A stretch of DNA of 57,858 bases from the NCBI GenBank assembly GCA_039591485.1, contig JBDHDN010000002.1:1-57858 (forward strand), read 5' to 3'. Shown here piece after piece: positions 8,258-18,049 of this stretch (within the stretch, counting starts at the first letter, position 1; the number at the start of each line of letters is the position of its first letter). Below the pieces are notes generated by a model. That model was not told the origin of the DNA. It worked only from the letters and a program-made list of their open reading frames with translations, and made no database searches. A program made the translations under genes and the position numbers. The stretch is from Gemmatimonadota bacterium (GTDB taxonomy: Bacteria; Gemmatimonadota; Gemmatimonadetes; Gemmatimonadales; GWC2-71-9).

Positions 8258-10781
8258 ATCCGGGCGAATCGTGCTCGAACCACACCCGCAGCCGCGCGGT
8301 CTCGACCGGCTCGATCCACACCGTATTCCGCGCCCAGGTCGCTGGCTCAGTCGGCAGGCGCTCCCGCTCGGCGGCGGCCTGCCAGGTATCTCCGTCCCAG
8401 TACTCAGCCGAGAACGAGCGCGGTGCGGTGACGCCGCGCTCATCACCCCAGAGGTAGATGTCGATCCGCCCGACCTCCAGCACTGCACTCAGGTCCAGTT
8501 CGATCCAGTCACGCCTAGTGGGCGAACCGTGGGCGGTCCAGCGGTTCCGCGAGTAGCGCGTGAACGCGATACGGCCGTCGTTCACCTGTGTCACGTCGTC
8601 GAACTCGGACGTGAACGACGCGGAGACGGCGGCCCCACGTGCGAAGTTGCGCGACGCTGCCGTCGGCTGCGGCAACGGCAACTCGGCCGCTCCCCAGGCC
8701 TCGAGCTCGGTCACGCCGCTCGCCGAGCCGGGCCGGTGCGCGAGCGTCATGCGGATGCGCGACACGTCGATCACCGGAAAGGCGACGACGTTCGCGCGAT
8801 GCCCCTCGGGCTGGACCGGGCGGCGCTGCTGGTTCGGGATCTCCCTCCACTCGCCGTCCGCCCACGCCTCGAGCACATACGCCGCAGGGGCCGTCACTCC
8901 TTCACCGTCGTCGAGGAAGTACAGCTTCACCACTCCTTCACCGTCGTCGAGGAAGTACAGCTTCACCTCGTCTACCGGTCGGGGGACGCCGAAGTCGACC
9001 TCGATCGAATCCGACGCGTTCGGCGACCCGACCGTGGTCCAGCGGTTCGCCGGCGACGTGTGGTACCAGTAGTTGCCGTCGATGACGTAGAACGGAGGAG
9101 TCTGGGGAGCACTAAACGACGCCGAGACGCTGGGGAACGGCGTACCATCGTTGTTCACGGCGAAGTTGTGGCGGCGATCAGGACGCTCGATGTCTTTCAT
9201 CGGCCGTGGCAGTTCGGCGGTCAGCGGTCGCACGGAGTCGGCCGAGGCGAGTTTTCGGCCATCGACGAACAGCATCAGCCCTTTACCCACACCGTACCGA
9301 TCGCCCGTGCGGTCCCACACGATGGCCAGGTCGTGCCCATGGTAGGACACGTCGTCGAGCGCCAGATAATCCCACGTCTCGGGAAAGAGCGGGTGGAGGT
9401 CGAGCGTGTCGTCTGCCCGGGGTCTGAGCCCCACGAGGCCTGTGATCACGAGATCGACGAACGCCGAGTGGAAGTAGTGCTCGCTGTGGTACCTCGAGTT
9501 GTGTCCCTCCCACGACCCGTTATCCGGGTTCGCCGCCTCGGCGATGTACGGCCGGCCGGCCCTGCGCTGCGTGGCGGCGTAGACCCGGAGCAGCTCGACG
9601 TAGTCGGCCGGCGTCACGACGTCCTGCTCGTAGTCGCTGAGCAGGTTCGCCAGGGCCGCGAGCGTCTGCGTCGTGGCATACGGCCACGAGTTACCGCTCC
9701 ACACGCAGCAGCGTGGCGAGACGTAGAACAGCGGATCGTTTCGCTCGACCGTCGTCGGACCGTACGGCGCGAAGAAGTACTCGGGGTCCATGAGGAACTG
9801 CCACGCAGCCTCGTAGCCCGGCTCGGGGACGCCGAACTGCCACGGCACGTAGCCCAGCTCCTCGCGCCCGCGCAGACTCCCGGCGAACGGACCGGTCTCG
9901 TAGGTCAGCGACTTCGCCTCGATCCCGTCCCGCTCGTCGTTCGCGAATTGATGGAAGAAGAACTCCCGCTCCGGATCCCACAGCTCCTCGTGCACCCGCC
10001 GCCGCAGCTGCTCCGCCTGCCGCCGGTAGTCGGCGGCCGTCGCCGAGTCGCCGAACAGCGCCGCCGTCCGGCCGATCGCCAGCGCGTCGGCATAGAGATA
10101 GCTGTTCAGTGTCGGCCGATATCCCTCCGCACCGCTGAACTCGTCGTCGGTCTGGCGGCTGTTGATGTTCGTCTCCATCCCGTCCCACGCCCCCACCCAC
10201 TCGAACATTCGGTGCTCGGGATCGTAGCGTTCCTCGACCCAGCCGCGGTACTGGCGCTCCATGTGAGGATAGACGGCTCGCAGGAATTCCTCGTCATGCG
10301 TGACGGCATACACGGCCCACATCGCGTCGCCGTACCAGTTGCTGTAGCGCCGAGGCTCGGCGCCTGGCGTCTCGAACCAATAGCGCGCGTAGTCCTCCAC
10401 GACCCGCCGGTCCCTGAGCCAGCGTGCCTCGTAGAACTGATGGCCGAGCGGGCAGCTGATGGCACCATAGGTGCCCGACCAGAACGGGCGATCGAGAAAC
10501 TCGGTGAACACGTATCCCGTCTCCGGCGACCCGTACGTCAGGTGCTTGGTCACCACTTCCCAACGGTAGTAGTAGGTCGCCTCGATGAGCGTGTCGGGCG
10601 CCTCGAAGAACGGGATGTTGGCCTCGTACCAATTCCAATCGCGGTTGTCCCACCAGTGATACCGAGCGAAGACCGCGTCGCGGTCGATCACGGGAGGGCG
10701 CGAACGGCCGCAGGCGGAGAGGATCACGCTTGCGACGAGGAGGACGGCGAAGGCACGGGGTCGGTGATGACCGATGGGCAT
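8220..10781 (-). CDS. (alpha/alpha)6-barrel glycoside hydrolase (MGH1/GH63/trehalase-like) lipoprotein with two C-terminal F5/8 type C (discoidin) domains
   Basis: Start MPIGHHRPRAFAVLLVASVILSACG (lipobox) at 10781 inside ORF 8220..10952. Long catalytic region (YYYRWEV..., WSGNSWPYATTQTL). Two discoidin-like C-terminal domains. Confidence 0.75.
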   Translation of the reverse strand: MPIGHHRPRAFAVLLVASVILSACGRSRPPVIDRDAVFARYHWWDNRDWNWYEANIPFFEAPDTLIEATYYYRWEVVTKHLTYGSPETGYVFTEFLDRPFWSGTYGAISCPLGHQFYEARWLRDRRVVEDYARYWFETPGAEPRRYSNWYGDAMWAVYAVTHDEEFLRAVYPHMERQYRGWVEERYDPEHRMFEWVGAWDGMETNINSRQTDDEFSGAEGYRPTLNSYLYADALAIGRTAALFGDSATAADYRRQAEQLRRRVHEELWDPEREFFFHQFANDERDGIEAKSLTYETGPFAGSLRGREELGYVPWQFGVPEPGYEAAWQFLMDPEYFFAPYGPTTVERNDPLFYVSPRCCVWSGNSWPYATTQTLAALANLLSDYEQDVVTPADYVELLRVYAATQRRAGRPYIAEAANPDNGSWEGHNSRYHSEHYFHSAFVDLVITGLVGLRPRADDTLDLHPLFPETWDYLALDDVSYHGHDLAIVWDRTGDRYGVGKGLMLFVDGRKLASADSVRPLTAELPRPMKDIERPDRRHNFAVNNDGTPFPSVSASFSAPQTPPFYVIDGNYWYHTSPANRWTTVGSPNASDSIEVDFGVPRPVDEVKLYFLDDGEGVVKLYFLDDGEGVTAPAAYVLEAWADGEWREIPNQQRRPVQPEGHRANVVAFPVIDVSRIRMTLAHRPGSASGVTELEAWGAAELPLPQPTAASRNFARGAAVSASFTSEFDDVTQVNDGRIAFTRYSRNRWTAHGSPTRRDWIELDLSAVLEVGRIDIYLWGDERGVTAPRSFSAEYWDGDTWQAAAERERLPTEPATWARNTVWIEPVETARLRVWFEHDSPGFSGVTEIEVRAR
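8895..8966. repeat. perfect 2 x 36-bp tandem duplication (in frame within the glycoside hydrolase)
   Basis: 8895-8930 equals 8931-8966: cactccttcaccgtcgtcgaggaagtacagcttcac. Confidence 0.95.
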
Positions 10782-10988
10782 GGCGGGCTCGTGGGCGACG
10801 TGACTGCCGTAATCTGCCCGCTCCGCGCCCCCCCTCAAGAGGGAACCGACCAGTCCACCGCACGACCGGCTGATGAACGGTTCGCCGTCCGTGGCTATTG
10901 GACATTCCCGCACTGAGCATGGGATATTCCGTCCATCTATCCGTCGATCCATTTATCCGTCCATCCGCCTATCGACCCAGGTCCTCGA

Positions 10989-11492
10989 ATGAACGAAATC
11001 ATCCGGATCCGCGACCAACTCGACCGGGCCCTCAGGGGCGAGGCCTGGCACGGCCCGGCGCTGTTGGAGATCCTGGCCGACGTCGATGCCCGCACGGCGG
11101 CAGATCGGCCTATTCCGGGAGCGCATTCGATCTGGGAGATTGTGCTGCACCTCACCGCCTCGGTCGATCTGGTCGTCGCTCGTCTCCGTGGGGAGCCGAA
11201 GGACCTGCCACCGGACGAGGATTGGCCGGCTCAGCCTGACATCACGAATGGCGATGCATGGTGCGACGTCGTCGCGGATTTGGAGCGGGCACACGGCCGG
11301 CTGTTTGCCGCGATGGAAGATCTCGACGAAGACCGGCTGGACGAGGCCATCGTTCCCGGGTTCTCCGGCACCTATCTGCAATTGCACGGCACCGTACAGC
11401 ACGACCTCTATCACGCGGGTCAGATCGTGCTACTCGCCCGGGCCTCGCAGGCAGAGCCGCGCGGCCCGAGGGCCAGGCTCCGTGGGACGTAA
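10989..11492 (+). CDS. DinB family protein
   Basis: 167 aa. Typical helix-bundle His motifs (WEIVLHL, HDLYHAGQIVLL). Confidence 0.85.
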   Translation: MNEIIRIRDQLDRALRGEAWHGPALLEILADVDARTAADRPIPGAHSIWEIVLHLTASVDLVVARLRGEPKDLPPDEDWPAQPDITNGDAWCDVVADLERAHGRLFAAMEDLDEDRLDEAIVPGFSGTYLQLHGTVQHDLYHAGQIVLLARASQAEPRGPRARLRGT

Positions 11493-12285
11493 GTCCGCGC
11501 GACGGCAGCCGCGTCGGGTACGCCTGTTCAGTCTCGACCGTTCCGGGATCGCCGATCACATCGAGCAACTGGAGGCCGCGGGATACCGCGTCGAGCACGG
11601 CCCGTTCGAGCGTACCACCCTCCGGCAACTCGCCGCACAGCCGCCTGGTGCGATCGTGCTCGACCTGTCGGCGCAGCCCTCGTACGGTCGGGACATCGGT
11701 GTGGTGTTGCGAATTGCGGGACGTACCCGTCGCATCCCGCTGGTGTTCGCCGGTGGTGCGGCCGAGAAGGTCGATCGGGTCAGGCAGGTGCTACCCGATG
11801 CGACGTTCACCGAGTGGCCTCGAGTGCGGTCCGCCCTGCGTACCGCGCTGCGTAGCCGTACGGGCGACCTGCACATCCCGCCGTCCGCTCTGGCGGGCTA
11901 CTCCGGGACGCCGCTGCCGAAGAAACTCGGCATCCGGGCCGACTCGATCCTCGCGCTCCTGAACCCACCTGAGGGATTCGAGCGTCTCCTCGCTCCGCTG
12001 CCGTCCGGCGCTACCATCGACCACAGCGATCGGGGCGCGCGGGACCTCACGATCTGGTTCGTTACTTCCCGCCGGGAACTGGAACGCCGGATCGGCGAGA
12101 GGGCCGGGCAGGTGGGAGACGGCGGCCTCTGGATCGCATGGCCGAAGCAAGCCTCGGGAATGAAGACGGATCTCACCCAGGCCGACGTCCGCCGAACCGG
12201 CCTGGCCAACGGTCTCGTGGACTACAAGATCTGTGCGATTGACGAGACCTGGTCGGGGCTCAAGTTCGCGACACGGAAGCAATAG
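11482..12285 (+). CDS. receiver-like domain fused to DUF3052 domain protein
   Basis: C-terminus LWIAWPKQASGMKTDLTQADVRRTGLANGLVDYKICAIDETWSGLKF is DUF3052-like. N-terminal half resembles a CheY-like fold (AIVLDLS). No in-frame ATG; GTG at 11482 chosen, overlapping the DinB end by 11 nt. Confidence 0.65.
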   Translation: MGRKSARRQPRRVRLFSLDRSGIADHIEQLEAAGYRVEHGPFERTTLRQLAAQPPGAIVLDLSAQPSYGRDIGVVLRIAGRTRRIPLVFAGGAAEKVDRVRQVLPDATFTEWPRVRSALRTALRSRTGDLHIPPSALAGYSGTPLPKKLGIRADSILALLNPPEGFERLLAPLPSGATIDHSDRGARDLTIWFVTSRRELERRIGERAGQVGDGGLWIAWPKQASGMKTDLTQADVRRTGLANGLVDYKICAIDETWSGLKFATRKQ

Positions 12286-12400
12286 GGACGCGAGAGAGGA
12301 GCCCGCGTCCCTTCACCGTTCCCTCATCACTGTCCACGCCCGTATGCTGAGTCGCGGCACCCGCGGCGCCCTGCCTGTCCCCCGACACGTGCCGCGATAG

Positions 12401-13291
12401 CTAGAACTTCACCACCAGCGCGAGCTTGAAGAAGCTGTCGAGTTTCTGTAGCGGCACGGTCACGTTCACATCTGCGGGTGTGCCGTCCGAGGCGAACAGC
12501 GGCACGTCGGTGAGCGCGGGATCGTTCCGCCACAGCAGTTGCAGTGACGGCTTGAGCGCGAGCTTGGAGCTGATCGCGATCGCTACGGCGTTGGTGAAGT
12601 CGAGCCGGACGTCGGCCTTGGTGTCGGGGGCGTCTGCCTCCTCGGAGAACATCCAGTCGCCGATCAGTGCGCTGGTGAACTCCGTGGTTCCGGTCGCCTT
12701 CCACGCCAGGTCGTATTGGACGCGGACGCCGGGGAAGTTGGTCTTGAGGAACGGGTTCTCCACGACGTCCGTCTGGAACGTGTAGGTGAAACCGTAGTCG
12801 GTCTTGAACGTGATCTGGTCGTTCTCGACCCACGTATTGCCGGCGCCGAGCACGGCCAGCGTGCGGCTGTCGATGCCGGCGAAAGTGTTGCGCAGCCAGT
12901 CCACGCCGCCGAACGCGAAGAAGCCGGGGCTGATTGAGTAGTCGAACCGGCCGCGCGCGTAATAGACCTCGGCAGTCTTCTCCGTGTTCTTCTCCGTCTC
13001 GATGACGAAGTTGTCCTCTGTCCCCACGGCGGTCCGGGTCGTCTTGGTCGCCTGAGAGCGGACTCCTCCGCCCTCGGCCTTGAACTCCATCCGCTCCCAC
13101 ACGTGCCGGAGCTTCGCGTCCAATCCGAACGTCGTGGACTGTGAATTGCCGGCCGTCCAGACGGCAGTGAGCTCGGTCGTGAAGAACCAGCCGAGTTCCT
13201 TCTCATCCTGCGCCTCGGCTCGCGCGGCCCAGAGGCCAAGCACGAGCGCGCTTGCGAGCGCGACACCGGTCGCACGTACCAGACGCTGCAT
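12401..13291 (-). CDS. DUF481-type outer-membrane beta-barrel protein
   Basis: Signal MQRLVRATGVALASALVLGLWAARAEAQ. Alternating beta-strand pattern. C-terminal ...LALVVKF (terminal Phe). Start at 13291 within ORF 12401..13402. Confidence 0.75.
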   Translation of the reverse strand: MQRLVRATGVALASALVLGLWAARAEAQDEKELGWFFTTELTAVWTAGNSQSTTFGLDAKLRHVWERMEFKAEGGGVRSQATKTTRTAVGTEDNFVIETEKNTEKTAEVYYARGRFDYSISPGFFAFGGVDWLRNTFAGIDSRTLAVLGAGNTWVENDQITFKTDYGFTYTFQTDVVENPFLKTNFPGVRVQYDLAWKATGTTEFTSALIGDWMFSEEADAPDTKADVRLDFTNAVAIAISSKLALKPSLQLLWRNDPALTDVPLFASDGTPADVNVTVPLQKLDSFFKLALVVKF

Positions 13292-13406
13292 CACGTCAGT
13301 TCCCTCCAGTAGAGTCCACACTGACAGCCGACACCGACCGCTTTGACGCTTGGCGCCGTGACGGTGCCGGCCGAATGCTAAATGTGATCGACCGTCGATC
13401 AAGGCC

Positions 13407-14957
13407 TCACGGGGCCTGGAGGTACAGACCCGCCCCCGGTCCGATGGGAAGGCCGAAGAGCATCCAGACGCTGAGCAGGATCGCCCAGCCGATCAGGAAG
13501 GTGATCGTGTACGGTAGCATGGTCGCGATCACGGTCCCGATACCCGCCCTGTGCTCGTACTTCTGCACGAACGCCACGATGAGCGCGAAGTAGGTCATCA
13601 TCGGAGCGATGATGTTCGTCACGCTGTCCCCGATGCGGTAGGCCACCTGGGTGAACTCCGGGGAGTATCCCACGAGCATGAACATGGGGATGAACACCGG
13701 AGCCATGATCGCCCACTTCGCCGAGGCACTGCCCATGCCGAGGTTCACGACGGACGAGAGCACGATGAACGACATGAACAACGGGATCTGGGACAGCCCG
13801 CTGCCACGCAGGAACTGTGCACCCTCGACGGCGAAGATCAAGCCGAGATTGGTCCAGTTGAAGTACGCGACGAACTGGGCGGCGAAGAAGACGAGCACCA
13901 TGTAGCCGCCCAGGGTGGCGAGGGCCTTGCCCATGCCGTCCATCACCTGCGTATCGTTGCGGATCGTCTTGGCGCCGATGCCGTACGCGGTTCCAGTCAC
14001 CGCTCCGAGCAGGAAGATGAAGAACACGATCCCCCTGAGGAACGGCGATCTGAGTATGCTGCCGGTGCCAGACTCCCGCAGGAATCCCTCGCTCGGCAGC
14101 AGGCCGGCGAGTACGATGACGGTGAGCGCGATGAGTGACCAGAGGGCGTACTTGAGCCCCCTGCGCTCGTCGGCACTCAGTTCCTCGATGGCCTCTGCCT
14201 GGACCCCACCTGCGTAACTCCCGAGCCTCGGCACCACGATGCGCTCGGTCACGAACGTGCCCGCACCGGTGATCAGAACAGTCGACACCGCGAGGAAGTA
14301 GTAGTTGCACGCCGGATTGACCACGTACTCCGGATCGACGATGCGTGCTGCCTCCTGGGACAGCCCGGCGAGCAGCGGGTCGAGCGTTCCCAGCAGCAGG
14401 TTGGCACTGTAGCCGCCCGATACGCCAGCGAATGCTGCGGCCAGCCCGGCGATCGGGTGTCGGCCCGCCGCCAGGAAGATCATCGCGGCCAGCGGCACGA
14501 GCAGCACGTATCCGATCTCACCGGCCGTATTCGACATCACGCCCGCAAACACGATGATCGGCGTGAGGAGGCGCTGTGGTGCGGACAGCACCAGCAACCG
14601 GAGCGCCGTACCGAGCAGTCCGCTCGCCTCGGCAAGCCCAATCCCGATCATGGCCACCAGTACCGTCCCGAGGGGAGCGAATCCCGTGAAGTTGGCCACG
14701 GCCTCGGTGATCATGCGGTGGAGTCCGTCGACGGAAAACAGCGAGACGGGCAGGATCGTCTCACCGGTCGCCGGATGGACGACCGAGAGATGGAACCAGG
14801 ACGCCACCTCGGATACGAGTACGACCGAGAGCGCCATGAGCAGGAACAACGTACCGGGGTGCGGCAGGGCGTTGCCGACCCGCTCGACCACCGTCAGGAA
14901 TCGGTCGACGAGCGAGCGGCGGCTGCCCGCTTGACCGTCGGGTGTGACATCAGCCAT
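13407..14957 (-). CDS. abgT: AbgT family (p-aminobenzoyl-glutamate-type) transporter
   Basis: 516-aa polytopic ORF. N-terminus ...[24 protein letters not shown] is characteristic of AbgT/MtrF transporters. Confidence 0.85.
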   Translation of the reverse strand: MADVTPDGQAGSRRSLVDRFLTVVERVGNALPHPGTLFLLMALSVVLVSEVASWFHLSVVHPATGETILPVSLFSVDGLHRMITEAVANFTGFAPLGTVLVAMIGIGLAEASGLLGTALRLLVLSAPQRLLTPIIVFAGVMSNTAGEIGYVLLVPLAAMIFLAAGRHPIAGLAAAFAGVSGGYSANLLLGTLDPLLAGLSQEAARIVDPEYVVNPACNYYFLAVSTVLITGAGTFVTERIVVPRLGSYAGGVQAEAIEELSADERRGLKYALWSLIALTVIVLAGLLPSEGFLRESGTGSILRSPFLRGIVFFIFLLGAVTGTAYGIGAKTIRNDTQVMDGMGKALATLGGYMVLVFFAAQFVAYFNWTNLGLIFAVEGAQFLRGSGLSQIPLFMSFIVLSSVVNLGMGSASAKWAIMAPVFIPMFMLVGYSPEFTQVAYRIGDSVTNIIAPMMTYFALIVAFVQKYEHRAGIGTVIATMLPYTITFLIGWAILLSVWMLFGLPIGPGAGLYLQAP

Positions 14958-15114
14958 CGATGCTCCTTGGAAGTCTCCATGCCGGCCGCACCGTGGATCG
15001 CGTGGGCGTGGCGCAGCCGAAGCGGCGGACGTACCTTCACCCGCGCCTGGCCCGCCCGCCGGCGACCGGGCAATCTAGTCGGTGGCGGTAATCGCACAAC
15101 GCTGAGGAAGGTCC

Positions 15115-15402
15115 ATGTCTGCATACGTCATCGTCGATATCGAGGTCACGGATCCCATCCGCTACGAGGAGTACAAGCGGCTCGCGCATGAGACGGTCCT
15201 CGCCTACGGTGGCCGCTACGTCGTCCGCGGTGGGGCGGCCGAGCGGCTGGAGGGAGACCGGGAACCTCATCGGATCGTCGTCCTCGAGTTCCCTGATGCG
15301 ACACGTGCCAGAGCGTGGTGGTCGTCGGAGGAGTACCGTCCGGCCAAAGCCATGAGAGCCGAGACGGCGAAGACCGACATGATTCTGGTCGAGGGCGTGT
15401 AG
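15115..15402 (+). CDS. DUF1330 domain protein
   Basis: 95 aa, MSAYVIVDIEVTDPIRYEEYKR...LEFPDATRARAWWSSEEY. RBS gaggaagg upstream. Confidence 0.85.
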   Translation: MSAYVIVDIEVTDPIRYEEYKRLAHETVLAYGGRYVVRGGAAERLEGDREPHRIVVLEFPDATRARAWWSSEEYRPAKAMRAETAKTDMILVEGV

Positions 15403-15471
15403 GCGCGGCCCGGTGGAACGTCCAGCCTGTTCCCGCGGTACACGTGGGGACGCAAACGGGAACGACATGAC

Positions 15472-16026
15472 ATGAGCGATGGGATTCGCGAAACGGCCAC
15501 GCTGGCAGGCGGCTGCTTCTGGTGTCTCGAAGCCGCCTACCAGCAACTGGCGGGGGTCGAGCGCGTGCGGTCGGGCTATATCGGCGGCACGGTGCCACAT
15601 CCAACCTACGAACAGGTCTGCAGCGGTGCGACCGGACATGCCGAGGCGGTCCAGATCGAGTTCGATCCGGACGTGATCTCGTACCGGGACCTGCTGGACG
15701 TGTTCTTCACCATCCACGACCCCACGCAGCTGAACCGCCAGGGCAACGACGTCGGCACCCAATACCGGTCGGCGATCTTCTACCACTCGGACGGTCAGCA
15801 AAGCACTGCCGCAGCGGCCCTTGCCGACGTGGAGACCGCCGGCCTGTGGGACGGCCCGGTCGTTACCGAACTGGTGCCCCTCGCCGAGTTCTACCCGGCG
15901 GAGCAGTACCATGCCGACTACTTCCTCCGGAATCCAGGCCAGCCGTACTGCCAGGTCGTCGTGGCCCCCAAGGTGGCCAAGGTCCGCAGCCGATTCTTCG
16001 ACAAGCTGCGCCGGGACCGAGGCTAA
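15472..16026 (+). CDS. msrA: peptide-methionine (S)-S-oxide reductase
   Basis: Active-site GGCFWC, and HAEAVQIEFDP motif. Confidence 0.95.
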   Translation: MSDGIRETATLAGGCFWCLEAAYQQLAGVERVRSGYIGGTVPHPTYEQVCSGATGHAEAVQIEFDPDVISYRDLLDVFFTIHDPTQLNRQGNDVGTQYRSAIFYHSDGQQSTAAAALADVETAGLWDGPVVTELVPLAEFYPAEQYHADYFLRNPGQPYCQVVVAPKVAKVRSRFFDKLRRDRG

Positions 16027-16141
16027 CTCCGACCGTTTCTCTCGGCAGGCGCGCATGCGCACGGGGTGTTGAGCGCGCTATCTTCGAAGACGAGACCGGA
16101 CTGAGCCCAGTCGGTGATTCACCGGGAGAGAGGAGGGGATC

Positions 16142-16555
16142 ATGGCATCTGTGATTCGCCGGGTCGACTACTTCTACGCCACCATTCGCGACGAACCGGG
16201 CGAGGGATACAAGGTCCTCGCACAGCTCGCGGAGTTGGGTGTCAACCTGCTCGCCTTCGTTGCCGTACCCGTCGGCCCGATGCGTGCACAGATCACCTTG
16301 TTCCCCGAGAACACCAAGAAGCTCACGCAGGCTGCGGGCCAGGCTGGCATGCAGCTCGACGGTCCGCATCGAGCGTTGCTCGCACAGGGTGACGACCATC
16401 TCGGTGCACTCGCCGAAATCCACGAGAAGCTGTACGAGGCGGGCGTGAACATCTACGCGTCGAACGCCGTGACGGATGGCAAGGGCAGCTATGGCTACAT
16501 CCTGTACGTCCGGCCCGACAAGTACGATCGAGCGGCTGCTGCACTCGGGGTCTGA
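16142..16555 (+). CDS. ACT domain-containing protein
   Basis: 137 aa with two ACT-like halves (YKVLAQLAELGVNLLAF; LAEIHEKLYEAGVNIYA). RBS gagaggagggg. Confidence 0.7.
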   Translation: MASVIRRVDYFYATIRDEPGEGYKVLAQLAELGVNLLAFVAVPVGPMRAQITLFPENTKKLTQAAGQAGMQLDGPHRALLAQGDDHLGALAEIHEKLYEAGVNIYASNAVTDGKGSYGYILYVRPDKYDRAAAALGV

Positions 16556-16578
16556 GCGGTGTCGTTCGCCGGACAGTG

Positions 16579-16608
16579 ACGGGGCGGTTCTCTGGAGAAT
16601 CGCCCCGT
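16579..16608 (+). terminator. hairpin terminator after the ACT gene
   Basis: acggggcg (16579-16586) pairs with cgccccgt (16601-16608), 14-nt loop, followed by tgctttgg. Confidence 0.45.
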
Positions 16609-16612
16609 TGCT

Positions 16613-17085
16613 TTGGCAACGAGGGCGCGGAACGGCAGTCCTCCAACGATGAATGATGGCTATCGAGTCATCGATCCGGGGGACTGGCGCTCGTGGGCCG
16701 TTGCGGTCCCGGCGATCGTCGTCATGGGCGTGCTCGTCTGGGCCCTCGGCAGCGTTGTTCGGCACCACGTGGCCGAGCTGCAGTCCGTCGCCATCGTCGA
16801 TCCCGAGTCGGCCACCCGTCACGCCGCCGCGTCACTCCGCACCGTGCTAGCCGTCTCCGTGGGGGGGCGTTGCTGGTCGCAACGTACCTCGCATGGCTCG
16901 GCGTGAGGGTGTGGCGGACCGGCAGGCTCCCGCCGCCCGGCTCCTGGATCGTGGCGGGACGGCCCGTCTACTCGGGTCGCTTCGCCGTCCCGATCGGCCG
17001 CCTGTTCATCGCTCTCGCAGCGCTGTTGGTCGCGGCTGCCCTTGGCCTCCTCTGGGCAGGCTGGCGTCTGACGGCAGTGCAGTGA
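16613..17085 (+). pseudogene. small multi-pass membrane protein interrupted by a frameshift at a G7 run
   Basis: ORF 16613..16906 (MNDGYRVIDPGDWRSWAVAVPAIVVMGVLVWALG...AVSVGG) and the tail of ORF 16693..17085 (ALLVATYLAWLGVRVW...LWAGWRLTAVQ) join if one G is added to the run at 16861-16867. Confidence 0.5.
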
Positions 17086-17132
17086 GCCCGCGCCAGGCCC
17101 CGGTGCTGATACGGACGGGTCCGCCGACAGTG

Positions 17133-17885
17133 CTAAAGCGCGCGGACGGACTCCACGAGTCGACGGAACTCCGCGCGATCGGCGGTGAACCGCGTGTAGT
17201 CCTCCGGCTCGTACGACCGTCCCATCGGGACGTCGGGATTGCGGAACCGCATGGGGCTGGCAAATCGGGCCGATGCCCACGCGTGCAGCTCGCGTGCACC
17301 CGTGCGCCGGATGATCTCCGAGCCGTTCTCGGCATCGACCGCCCCACCAATCAAAACGACCAACTGGTCCTCCGCCTGCACGACCAGCTTGCGGAGCAAC
17401 GGCAGGGCATCGACCGCCCGAGGCCGCTGCCCGGACGTCAACAGCCGATCCACGCCGAGCTCGATGAGAGTCTCCAACGCTGCGAGAGGATCGCGTGTGA
17501 CGTCGAATGCCCGATGGAAGCTGACGGGAAGCGGGCGGGCCGCCTCGATCAGCTCGGCAGTTCGAACGCGATCGATCGTTCCGTCGGGCTCGAGCAATCC
17601 GAACACGAGACCTGCAGCGCCCAGATCGCGCGCGACTTCGATGTCCCGCCGCATGATCTCGAACTCCAGGTCCGTGTACACGAAGTCACCGCCGCGAGGT
17701 CGAATCATCACGAACACGGGGATTGCCAGCCGTTCGACCGTCAGAGTGATGGTGCCGGCACTCGGGGTCGTGCCACCCTCCACGAGATTTTCACACAGCT
17801 CGACCCGGCCGACGCCAGCCTCGGCTGCTGCGACCGCTGCCTCGGCCGACTCCACGCACGCCTCGATCAGGATACCTGTCGTCAT
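17133..17885 (-). CDS. cutC: copper homeostasis protein CutC
   Basis: MTTGILIEACVESAEAA...GVGRVELCENLVEGGTTPS...VMIRPRGGDFVY...SFHRAFD. Start at 17885 inside ORF 17133..17915. Confidence 0.9.
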   Translation of the reverse strand: MTTGILIEACVESAEAAVAAAEAGVGRVELCENLVEGGTTPSAGTITLTVERLAIPVFVMIRPRGGDFVYTDLEFEIMRRDIEVARDLGAAGLVFGLLEPDGTIDRVRTAELIEAARPLPVSFHRAFDVTRDPLAALETLIELGVDRLLTSGQRPRAVDALPLLRKLVVQAEDQLVVLIGGAVDAENGSEIIRRTGARELHAWASARFASPMRFRNPDVPMGRSYEPEDYTRFTADRAEFRRLVESVRAL

Positions 17886-18049
17886 GAGGGGAATGTTAGA
17901 CGACGGCGGCGGCACTCGCTATCCTTGCACAACGCCATCGACATAGGCCTGATACAGGATCGAGACACCATGTGTGATCCGTACCTCCTCGTGCTCGGCG
18001 GCAGCAGAGCGATCGTGTCGCGAGCAGCCAGGGAGCCGACGGGATCGCG

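Noticed and set aside
8091-10916. 941-aa ORF on the plus strand
   Set aside because: It lies exactly antisense to the well-supported glycoside hydrolase (8220-10781). The sequence is Arg/Pro/Val-rich and low-complexity, typical of shadow ORFs in high-GC DNA. No domain motifs.
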